Source of the DNA: Adineta vaga
Taxonomy: Eukaryota; Animalia; Rotifera
Direction of reading: 5' to 3'
DNA length: 64,000 nucleotides
NCBI GenBank assembly: GCA_021613535.1
Contig: CP075493.1
Location: 17,484,001 to 17,548,000, forward strand
Below are positions 52,422-64,000 of this stretch, piece after piece. Below the pieces are notes generated by a model that was given only the letters and a program-made list of their open reading frames with translations, was not told the origin of the DNA and did not search any database. The first letter of the stretch is position 1. Every line of letters starts with the position of its first letter. Position numbers and translations under genes: made by a program.

Positions 52422-54385
52422 TAAAAAGTCTCGTTTATTTTTAGCTTTTTATATGACCCATCAGTGAAGTGCGGACAGATAAGCAGGCAAACAATTTATG
52501 TTTGCAAGACTCTTCTCTACAAGAAACAGGATAGACTAAAGAACGAACGGAAGAAAACAGAAGAATAATACGGAAGAGCAAAGGAATTACGTGAGGCAAT
52601 CAAATAATATGATTCGAACAAAAATGTTGACTCATAGTGGGGAAAACCCCAGTAGAAGGAAGAAAGAGGAAAAACTCAATACATAGGACGGTATCGTATA
52701 TATAAGCTAGGGATTCTATCAAGATGTTATCACTTGACGGTTGGTACAGAACACATCACAATATTTTTCGACGCATTTATCATTTTTTTTTCTCTTCTAG
52801 TATAAAGAAGAGTCATAAACAGGTTAACCAATAAACTATCAATTTTACGATGTTTCGTTTCACAGTAAATAAAAAAACCATTAACAATCACTAAGTTCCA
52901 TGTAATTTCGAACACCTTGAGAAAACGACAATGAGATGTAGCAAAATAATAAGAACTTCACTTCTATTTTCTCACTCTAACACAGACTGATTTATATGAA
53001 ATTAAATAATCTATCCTTTCCTTTATCTGTTTTCAATAGTACACTTCTACTCTTTAATATGATCCTGAACAATTGCTTTTGATGTTTTCATTCATGAGAA
53101 CATTGGACGCGCTATCATGCGTTCTTGAATTCCCCATTACTACTTCATTTATTGTTTACTCATTAGTTTTGCGTGTTTCTTTATCTTTTCCCATTTATTG
53201 TTTTCATTATTTACCTTATCTTTTTTTCTTTATTTTGGTCTTTTTTGTCGTCTCTACAACACTAGAGTCTTCTTCTTTTAGGTACCGAATATATATGGTC
53301 GATTAATAGACAGATTATTTCTGTTCCTTCTTTAATCAGACTAACTTAGTTTCTAGATTGATTTCTTCATTTTTTTCTCTTTCTCTCGTTCATTCTTTCT
53401 TTAGTATATTATTGTTGTCTACGCTTTTCTTTTTTTCAGCTAAAGATACAAGGCTTATTCATTTCGTGTTCTTGCTCATGCCGATTTTTCTTTGAGTTAG
53501 CCGGGTGATATCGCAACTAAAGACAGTAGTTGATAGGAAAGAATAACAAATATCATTACAATACTGTGCCGTCATCATATTTTCTAGTCTGTTCTTCTCT
53601 TTCATTCCTCTATGTGTCGTCGTAACTTGATAGCTTGTATGGTATATACATTGGTATTTTTTCTATCACTAAGACGAGGGTTCTCCTAAGTGTACTGTGC
53701 ATCATTGGAGGAACGGTATTTCTTTTATATGCCATTGTCATTATATTTGGCCACACGACAGAATGTGTTTTTTTTCTTTCTTTTTCGTCTGCCGTTGAGA
53801 CGAAGGTTCTAGGACGCATTGTAACGGTAACGATAAGTATGGCTATCATACTTATAGGTATTTCAATGTTACTTGAACTTTATGAATGCCACAAGTATTA
53901 CTATAAAGGTCTCAATATATAAACTTTATCGTAGGGATATTGAAAAAAAAGTAGGATATGTTGATGAGTCGTGTGTGCGTGACCTTTGTTGCTAACATGC
54001 TTTGAGTATTCATGAGTCATGAGTTTCCTTTTTTTCAAAATGATTTAGCACATTTAGTACTATCGTTCTGGATCACCGTGATGTTGCTATATTGTGAGTG
54101 CCTGTTGCAGAAAAAGAATTGAATGTTATACTATATGCACTATGATAATCTGCTCACCCTTACCCTCACAAGAGATAAACATCCGAGATGAATGAATCAT
54201 ACTATGAGAGAAGCAGAATAAACATTTTTGATCTGATTTTCATGTATATAATGAATACTGCGATAGAAACTGTTTACATGTTTATATAAGTGTTACATTG
54301 ATATTTCTGAATATAAATCTCTGAAGGATTATTTTTATTTCTGTTCGAACAGGTCTTCAAGTGAAATTCAAAATAACGACATATA

Positions 54386-55354
54386 ATGGGAAATGTCTTC
54401 AGGAACAACTTACATGGTAATCAACCTCAACAGCTTCCAAGCCCTGTAAAGAGTTACTCGCCAAAATCGATTGCGAAACACGAAGAAATTGAAGGAGAAT
54501 TAAACAATAACTTACTTGATACTTCCAAACTTATATTTTGGCGAATAACACCCGTAGTAGGAAAGGCCGCCGCGCTCGCAAGTTACCCGACGGCATTTTT
54601 TCAATACGTTGCTTGTTTCACGTCGTTAATTGATCTGTTCAGTGAAAAAGATTCAATCAGTTCAATAACGAAATTGATTAAGGAAAATATTAACGAAGTG
54701 GTTGCAGAAACTCAATTCGCGGATATCAAGGCTAAAATTCGCACAATTGAATCGCGATTAAAAGAGATATTTGATGACGATTTAACTGAACCGATGAAGT
54801 ATTCGCAGGCAGCCATCGCAGTTGATAAATGTGAAGAAATTTTATGTCTCTTTGATGATCGTAAGAGCATCCTTTGGAAAATGGTAGTGATCTCATCATC
54901 AATTCTAATACCATTTTCAGCGATTTGTGCACAAGTGATTAAATTCAATCATGAGAAGAAGTGCGCATCTGTGCCTACTTTAAACAAAATGAAAGGTCAA
55001 TTAATCTCAGTGCTTGAAGACTACAAGGAACAATGCGTTCACGATCGTTTACATTTGATCACTGTTACCACAGCAGAAACTTGCAGGGATAGTGATGAAA
55101 TATATGGGTCAACCTATAGACTCGACAACCGCATATTTTTAAATCCTACAGACATGGAACCGAGATTAGAGTGGTGTAGTTATTATTGCGTGGACGCCTG
55201 GGATCATTGGGAAAAGCGCAAAACGACATACAAATCTATCGTTAAGTATCGGCAATCATTAGTTGCTGATTATCAAGCTGACTTCGATAAAGCAATGAAC
55301 ACGGTTAAGGAGCAATTAGTGGCACTTCATGCAACGAATGAATACACGAAATAG
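54386..55354 (+). CDS. Intronless 322-aa helical protein, weakly resembling delta-endotoxin (Cry) N-terminal domains
   Basis: Clean 969-bp ORF preceded by a splice acceptor at ~54351. The family assignment is only a by-eye resemblance. Confidence 0.75.
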   Translation: MGNVFRNNLHGNQPQQLPSPVKSYSPKSIAKHEEIEGELNNNLLDTSKLIFWRITPVVGKAAALASYPTAFFQYVACFTSLIDLFSEKDSISSITKLIKENINEVVAETQFADIKAKIRTIESRLKEIFDDDLTEPMKYSQAAIAVDKCEEILCLFDDRKSILWKMVVISSSILIPFSAICAQVIKFNHEKKCASVPTLNKMKGQLISVLEDYKEQCVHDRLHLITVTTAETCRDSDEIYGSTYRLDNRIFLNPTDMEPRLEWCSYYCVDAWDHWEKRKTTYKSIVKYRQSLVADYQADFDKAMNTVKEQLVALHATNEYTK

Positions 55355-55478
55355 GGTGTGTGGTGGGGTACCAGTCTCACTGGGCCATCAATCATTTGAT
55401 CCTTACTTTACTACATGAATAATATCTCTCTCATTCTTATTATATTATAATAAACTCATCTTAGCCTATTATAGAGCT

Positions 55479-55554
55479 AGGGTGTGGGTGGATGGGTGGG
55501 TGTAAGTGTGGGGTATTATTCTCATCCATTGCTCACACCCACCCACACCCTCAA
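55479..55554. repeat. Telomere-like hairpin element
   Basis: agggtgtgggtggatgggtgggtg…cacacccacccacaccctcaa. Confidence 0.85.
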
Positions 55555-56729
55555 CCTGTTTTTGAGCACATGTCTAACATGTTTGTCCATGCAAGCTAAT
55601 GAAAGCTTGTATGTAAGAGCAGTTTTGGAAAGGACTTGAAATCATGTTTGAATAAACAATTACATGAATTCCTGCAATTCCGTATTTGCTTCATTTAAAC
55701 TTTGAAACGATTTGTAGATATTCATCTAGTATAGCTTTTAATCCTGTATAAGATGAATTAGTAGGATGATCGAAACCTCGAATCATCTATAATTCTAGGG
55801 TCTTTTTATAAAGTTGGTTTTCAAGTTGTTATTTTGTTTTTGAGAAACTACGCTTCGAATAAGCAATAGACTGTCAATCTCCAATGCGGTAAAGCAGGTG
55901 AGCAAATGAAGTATGTTCCAGGTTAAATGTTGCTCTGTACAGATGATTAATTATGATTCATTTCTCACCTTTTTCGAATAGACTGCAATCAAAAGAAAAA
56001 ATTCTGGTAAAAACATCCGACAGTAAGTCTTGCATGATTATTTGAAATCGTACGACAATTCTTACTATAATATTTTCGTCAAGTCGAAATACTAAACAAA
56101 GTTTTCTGTATTCATATAGTAAGATCAGACAAAACTACAAGATCTGTTGCGAATCCTACAATAAGACTTAATGTATGATTCCTGAGACGAGGATTTTTTG
56201 TACGATTTGATGCGAATCATGCAAGATCATATGTGATCAAATAAGAATCAGAGACTGATCTTGACTCATGATTTCCTGTCCCAGGAAATATGACAGAATA
56301 AAATATTGTTCAAACGTTATAATGGAGAGAAAAAATTCTTGCATAAACAAGTGGCAAATTGGTATTTCTCAAAAGCAAAACATACTTTATCATCTGATCG
56401 ATCAATTAGAGTTCAAAAGAAATAGTTTTTCTATATATTTGTCTTCTAAAAAAAAATATATGCAAACTATTTGCATAATAAAAGATGATCGTTCAATATT
56501 CCTATCCTGCCCTTTGATGTAATCGACTAAGATTCAAATCTTGCAGTCAAAAATATATACACAACAGTTTATTTGTTTTTGAAAAAGGAAAAGAACACCT
56601 CGAGTTAATTAAATGATCTCTCTTATATGTATATCATACACTACATTAGACAAACTAGAACATGTAAACTGGAGAAGTGAGTAACCAGCTATATCTCTGT
56701 AAATCGTTTGATGATATCTGATTTACGTG

Positions 56730-56830
56730 ATTTTTAAATCAGTTTAAATCAGTTTTAAATCAAAAAAATCGCCTAAACTCATTTTAAATCAGAAAAATCA
56801 CCTAAACTCATTTTAAATCAATAAATCACA
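56730..56830. repeat. TTTAAATCA motif array with a ~29-bp duplication
   Basis: Direct observation; probably a subterminal repeat of a MITE. Confidence 0.6.
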
Positions 56831-57378
56831 AATTGTTTTTTCCCCCTTGATGAAAAAACTAGGTTAAATAAATGAATAAAGAAATACAAAAAATACGAGA
56901 CAATAATAATGAAATATATTAACCGAAGAGATGATGTTGAATAATTAAATTTAATAGATAAATGTAAATATGAATATCGGATGCACCAAAAGCTTTACCA
57001 CATTTCTTTTCTCGCCCATATCTCGACCTTAGGTAAAAGATGCGCTTTTAAAAGCTCTAAAAGAATGATAATAACAAATTTCGAATGATTTATATTAATG
57101 ATCTTGTTAGTGTACCAAATGAAAGACCTGTAATGATAGTATTTCGTCTCACTGCCATAAATTTGAGAACAAATATTTCAAGATTTTCTTTTTGTTTTCA
57201 ATTATCTCAGCTTAGGAAAATGATAGGATCAGCTTAAATGTTTTTTCAAAATATGTACTGATAAATACCTGATAGCTACTCGCGAAAGTATTGTTAGATA
57301 AAGACAAGTGAAGATATGAAAAGTTACTCTCGAATTTTTGTAGTATTTTATATTTCTGTTGAATCTCGGTGAGAGAGA

Positions 57379-57439
57379 GGTGTGGGTGTGAGTGAGCGTG
57401 AGAGACCGGCTATAACCTCACCCACACCCACACCCTCAA
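57379..57439. repeat. Telomere-like hairpin element
   Basis: ggtgtgggtgtgagtgag…ctcacccacacccacaccctcaa. Confidence 0.85.
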
Positions 57440-57726
57440 AATATTTATTCATTTTTGCTTTAAGTATTTCATCACCAAAAGCTTCTTGTTTATTGTCATT
57501 GCTTATGTGTAAAATATCCACCGTCACTATTATGATATTGTAAAAAATGATTGATCAATCAAATCTAAACAACAAAACAAATAAGAATACATAAGAGTAA
57601 TATTTTTTTTCATTTAATGAGATTATTTTGAAAGAATGAAATACAATAAAATATGAAGAACATCGATTAACAAAAGCAGAATAAATAAACAATATTTATA
57701 GTAGCAAAAATATATCTTTGATCTAT

Positions 57727-60700
57727 TCAGATGATAGAACATTGAACTTTGTTTAACAATATATTAATGGACATAACATTAACATCGACAATAAGTATAT
57801 CTTGATAATTATCATGATTGAAATCATTAGTTATAAGCCACATGAAATTATGTTTAGTTTTTTTCTTATAAATTTCCTTACGATAAAATCGACCATTTCC
57901 ATATCCAAATAATCCATATATTCCATATTCACGACTTAAACTAAGAATATCTGAATTATTATCACCATTAATATCACCTACAGTAATCGAAACCAAGTTC
58001 TCAATGGATTCTATAACAGTTTTCTCATTTCTATTAAAACGAGTATGATTATATTGATATATCATATAAACAAAATCTTTCCAATTGTAAAGAAAAGCAA
58101 TATCATATTTATCATCATTATCGAAATCATCGATTGTTATATAACTATTGCGAGAGTCAATAGAAGTAAAGAACGGTTTTTGTACTTGAGATGTTTCTTT
58201 AATTATTCCAAAAAATACATAAATATGTAATGATTTATCATCATATACAACAATATCTAAATAATTATCGTTATTAACATCACCAACAGCTATATTTGTT
58301 AATTCACTATACAATGCTGTGAATAAAACAAATCCTGATGAAAAAGATCCATTTCCATTTCCAAATTTTACATAAACCTTCTCATTTATAGGCATAATCA
58401 TAACGATATCCAAAATTTGATCATTATTCAAATCATCAACACTAATTTTTAGTGGATCATCTTCTATTCTCATAGATAACATATTGATTTGGAATGTACC
58501 ATTACCATTACCAATTAAAACAGTAAGACGTGATATCATATCCCTATTGTATAATAAAAGAATATCAGATTGATTATCATTATTAAAATCGCCAACATGG
58601 ATATGATCTACTTCGATAATATTTTCAAGTGTTCTGATTATTGGAATTTTAAATGTCTCATTATTATTACCCAATAGTACAAAAAGCTTTCCATTTCGAT
58701 TCTCATAACAATAATATATGATATCAATTTGATTATCATTATTAAAATCACCAATGACAAATCGAAGTCTTCTGAAATATGTTTTATCACAAGAAATATT
58801 GATTGATATTTCTTGAAATTTGAATTCACAAATTGTTTCTGATGCAATTGAAGATGTTGATATTATTGTACTCATCATCGTTGTTGTATTCAGATTATCA
58901 TTCATTATTTTATTCGTCACTGAAACTAAAAAGACAAATTTTTTTTTGTTCAATTTCAGATCAACATATATTCTTACCATTTCTTGCATAATAAATTGAA
59001 AAAATAATAATAGATACAATAATCAGACATATTAATAATACAATTATTAAACTTCTCTTTGAATAATGTTGAATTGATGAAACAATTGTTACTTTGTCTG
59101 TTGTTTGAATGTTATCATCATTATTATTTGATGATATTTCAATAGAATTAATAGAATGAATTGAATTTCGTTGTCTAGTATAATAATAATAAATTTTTGA
59201 GACAATTCGAATTATTTTTGGACAAATCCATTCAAGAATTAATGTTAAAGCACCTTGAAGACTAAGGAAAAGAGTAATGATATATAAAATATTAAATTTT
59301 TCAATATAAGTATATGAACATAATAATGGTGCACATTGAGAATAATATAATGAATAATTTGTTTTATTTGACCATTGTTCAACAAATGAATGATTTATTA
59401 ATTCATTGATAGTTGTATTTGGAGGAAAATAATTAGATGTATTTGAAAGTGGTATTGAAATATTTGTATATTGATAAATAAGATTAAGACATGATTGATT
59501 ATAAAAACATTCAAGAGTTGATAAATGAAATGATTCACTTGGTGTACATCCCATTTTTAATCCTTCAATTGGAATTATTTCTGATGAATTTCTATCAATA
59601 AAAATTGCTTGAGTTGTACAATTTGAAGATAATCCACATGAACATTCATTATCATAAATTATCGCTTCTGTATATGCATAACTACGACTATTTCGTTTTA
59701 CTAAAGTAGAATAAATAAAATTTGTTCCATATGTTGACATAAAAGCATTTCCATGATTAACAATTCGAGTAATGAAGAGAAGATGAGAAAATAAAATAGG
59801 TGTATTTATTTTACTTTGTTGAATAAAAGTATTAAAACGATTTTGAAAATCTTGTTTAGAAAGAAGTTCAATAGTAATTAATAATGATGAAAGAAATTCA
59901 TTAATACCATTATTAACTAATTCTTGAGAAAATAAACATAATCCTTGAAGATATTGAATATGAGCAGAAAGAAATCGACGATAATCGTTTGGAGAATAAA
60001 CAGATAAATCCGATACAAAACTATTTATTAAAGCAATTCTCCATTCTTCAGTAATAAATTTACTTGAACAAATCTATAAATGACATTGATACATTTCCAA
60101 TTAAACTAAGTAAAATTACTATGTTCTTACCGGATGAAATACTGATTTAATTTCGACAGATTCATTATATGTTGATGCTATTTTTGAACATAAACATTGT
60201 AATTTATTTCCATAAATTTCTTTTAAATTTTCATAATAATTAAATTTTGGTTCATGAAAAGTTTTTGTTATAGTATGTGGTTGAATGATTGTATAAAAGA
60301 AAAATATTGTAAAACTAATAATAAACAAAAGAATATAAAGACGAGTTGCCCATCGACCATAATGTATAACTGTTAATCGATGAATATTACTTTCGAAATC
60401 ACGTGATGAAAAAATATTCAATTCAACTAAAGTTTTTCCAAAAAATTTAAGAAGATTTTTTATCATTATTTTCATTTGATTAAAACAATTGTATTCAACT
60501 AAACAAAAAATTAAGATTAAAACACACATACTCAAACACTTCATTTACTTCGTTTCCTTCGTTGTTGTTGTTGTCTTTCTTTCTTCTTGAATATTATTGC
60601 TAATAATCCATAAATAAATTTAACAAGATGAGGTGTGATAATTCGTAATGAAACGACTATTCCACCAATCATTGATATTAATGTTATTATTACTCCAATA

Positions 60701-63326
60701 AAATCTTCTTTACGAATTCTTTTAGAATAAGTACAATGAGTAGGTGCACATGCTTCATAAAATAATTTATATGATGATGATGCGATCCATTGTTCGATCA
60801 TTATTTCTTTAAACATGATTGAAATAGTCGTATTTGGAGGAAATCGAGTCATTGTTGGATTATTAATCAACGGATCAATCGGACGTAATATTGGTGAATC
60901 AAATTCTTCAATTCTCTCATCTAGATGACGTAATAATAATGGAAAACATTCAGAATCTTCATAGAAACATTCGAATGTTGAAAGAAGAAGCGAATCAATA
61001 TGCATACATCGATGAACCCAACCCGATACATTATGAGCAGGAGTCTTACCATTATTGGAGGTAGTTGCCAAACCAAATGCATATATAACAGATGACATTT
61101 GACAATGTGGATCTATAGCACAAATACATGAAATCTTGTTTGAATGCATTTCTTGAATTCCATTTAACAGAAATTGTAACTAAAAATAAAATTTCATACA
61201 TTACTCTATTATAGGAATAATAACATACCTTTAATGGTTTATTTTTATCTATTTCATCTGCTTTTCCATTTAGAATTAAGTTAGTACCCACTTCATGACC
61301 ACCTGATCCATATGCTCTTGTATATAGTTGATCAATTTGCATTAATAGTTGTGAAACATTTATCATTAAACCAAAATTATAAGCTGTTGATTTATAAAAT
61401 TGATTAAGACTTGAATTTATTTGTTTGTTGAAATCATCTTTATTCATTACAGAAGAAACAATAAACAATCGTTTCAAATATCGTTTCATTGCATCATCGA
61501 TCGTTTCATTAGCTAATTTACAAAAGTCAAATAATAATTGAAACTGTTGATATGCACCATTACGCCAATCGTTATAAAACCTTGGACTATATCCTATTTT
61601 TAATAGATACATCCAATAAGTATCGATGAAACCACTCGAACATAATTGATGAAAACGTGGAGATAATGAAACAAATCTTTCATAAGATATTGCTTTATTA
61701 GAACATGGACATCGAAGTGTATGCGAATATAACATTTCTAAAGAATCGTAATCTGTCATTGATACATTTGGTACAGTTATTGCTAAAGTTTCACTATTCA
61801 ATGATGTAAATAAACAAAGAATACAGATTGAACCTATCAGAAGATAAAAAAATATCTTAATATGAAAATAAGATTATTTAAATCTAATAACTTTACCGAA
61901 TAAAAATATAAAATACACAAATGTGATTATTTTTTGTTGTTTGATACTTTTTTCTGATCGCTCATTCACATTCTTGAATAGATTTAATCGTTTGACTCTA
62001 TAAATAGATTTGGATATGATAGTTCTTTGTTGCTCAACTAAAGTTCTAGGTGAATGTTCATTTCGTTTTTTTGAAGAACATTTCCATTTCATACAGACAT
62101 CAATTATAAAAGATGAAATAAGACGAAGAATAATAATGAGACCACCATAAAGACTAATGAAAAGAGTAATTCCATAAGATAAGTCTGATCGATTTGTTAT
62201 TGAATATGTACATAATGATGGAGAACATTTATGAAAATATTTTTCATATTTGATATCAGGTAACCAATTTCGAATGAAAAGATTATTTAAATATTCATTT
62301 ACAGAGAAATTTTCATGTTCTGAAGTTAAAATTGAATTATTTGGATTAAAATTTATCTAAATCAAAAAGAAGATTTTTAGAAATATATTAACCCTTTTTT
62401 TATACAAACTTTTTTAAGATTTGGAAAATAATCGAATAATAATTGAAGACATTTTGTTTCATATAAACAATCTAATGTACTTCGAAGAATTGCTTCGAGT
62501 GGAGTACATCCTGTTAAGAATCCATTGATAATGATAGGATTTGACTTACATTTCATGCGAGTCCTATCCATGGATGTAATTGATTCATGGTTCAAAGGAC
62601 AAAATGTTGCATCAATTACAAATATGTCTTCACTACATACTTTCTTGTCGTTTACAGAATCGGGTCCTACGTCGTACGATTCTAACTTTAAATCTTCATC
62701 ATCTTCTGAATCATCCCGTATATGAATTATAAGATTTGTATTCAAAGCTGAAATGAAACGATGTGCTTGATTTGTATTTCTTAAATAAGTCAAAAATGAT
62801 ATTATTCGAGATGATATACTGTTCTTTAAAGATTCAATTTTTCCATTAATTTCCATTTGAATTTGTTTTTCAGAACGAAGATAAAAAGTAACAAGTTCAT
62901 TCTTATCAATATCAATCAGCATTTGAGAAATGATTTCTTCTGAAAGTGAACAAAAACTGGATAAAAGTTCAAACTAAAAATAAAGAAACAAAAAGAAATG
63001 CATTTAAGAGCATCATTGGAATGTTTAACTGACTTGTGAAAATGCTGTTGTTCGAAAATCCCAAACTCCATATTGACTTGCATTTTCAAAATATAATGCT
63101 TTAATCCATTTTTGATCAATGAAATTACTCAAACAAACAGGATGTATTGTCAAATTAATCGAAGTAAAATTTTGATAAGGTATTGATATTGTTGAACATA
63201 GACATAAAAGATTTTCGCCATGTTTATCATTTAATTGATTGAAAGTATCAATTGTAATATTAGATATAATGATGGTTGTGGGTTTTGTTTTCATCAAAGT
63301 AATATAGAATAAAATATAGAGACATA
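57727..63326 (-). CDS. Large membrane protein: three tandem TM / Cys-rich ectodomain / TM modules, an extra TM, and FG-GAP/VCBS repeats (first exon not located)
   Basis: Each module has LxCxCS…(F/I)HxxCxSxF…W…C…STxxCxY…W…YxxCxPxxCxY…IT(L)xxSxxG(G/A). Exons join in frame. C-terminus has GDFNNDNQxDI…GNGNGTF repeats. Confidence 0.85.
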
Positions 63327-64000
63327 CTAAAACAAACAAATTCTCATATGATGATTTCATTTCTTGATAAAATAAAAATAATCATATGGTGGTGGGCACA
63401 CTCTTTTCTTGCTTAAACACAATATCCCATTGCATGTAGATAGGTACGAAGTATTGAAACTTATAAGAATTCTGGGAGTACCAAAATCCATAGTTTTCTC
63501 GTTGGAGAGAATGGTAGATAATGATTTTAAAAAAGTCGAGTTTAAATTCCATCTAATCCAAGTTCATACTAAAACATGAATCCATACCTTCCGAATTATA
63601 AAGCACTATCCTTGTATGTTTCAAATGATTCGGACTTAATTTTAGAAAGAAATTTATGAAGATCAATACTATTAGACATGTTCATCATGTTCAGAACATT
63701 CATTCACTAGTATTACGTCATCGTCCACTCCACTGTCTCAAAATTCGCCATTTAAATTTGATTTATATGAAGAATTCTCATTGAAAAAATAAAATAAATT
63801 GTATATTATCTACCTGTAAGAAGAATAACATACAACCAAGTTTTATATTTTTCATGTTTAACAATAGTAGCTGGATCTTGAACATTATCATCATCATTAT
63901 ATTCATTTTCTTCTAACATAAAAAGATTGTAATTACATCCTTTTTTATAAAGCCATGTAAATAAAACTTTCAATTTTATCATTGAAACAATAAATAAATA

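Noticed and set aside
53073-53922. Hydrophobic short ORFs
   Set aside because: T-rich low-complexity DNA produces such ORFs; no family motif or splice structure was supported.
311-57439. Hairpin family as a CRISPR array or true bacterial integron
   Set aside because: Copies are dispersed rather than regularly spaced, the DNA is eukaryotic with introns, and no cas or integrase gene is present in the window.
63420-64000. Possible decayed gene fragments on the minus strand
   Set aside because: Multiple stops and cut by the window edge; cannot be assigned.

Overview
AT-rich eukaryotic DNA with many ~50-60 bp GT-AG introns. Its gene families are typical of a bdelloid rotifer (Rotaria/Adineta-like; this assignment is an inference). 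Apparently intact genes: a 9.5 kb polycystin-1-like gene, N-myristoyltransferase, a DUF4419 gene, an atypical Rab8-like gene, a secreted NHL/Cys-rich/jacalin gene, two intronless orphan ORFs, and a large gene with three tandem 2-TM Cys-rich modules plus FG-GAP repeats. Many pseudogenes or fragments are also present (ART, TMEM272-like, GPCRs, kelch, VWA5A, F-box/LRR, NHL), with DNA-transposon relics (hAT MITEs with 8-bp TSDs, a Helitron, MULE, pogo). The most notable unexplained signals are: (i) about 20 dispersed 45-80 bp hairpins with telomere-like TGAGGG/TGTGGG arms and variable spacers, often at gene or fragment boundaries; (ii) three minimal type I hammerhead ribozyme motifs, each followed by CAC(T/C)CAC repeats; (iii) a Rab with all Mg2+/switch residues altered; (iv) a possible single-chain trimeric channel. 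All calls come from reading the sequence by eye; no searches were run.
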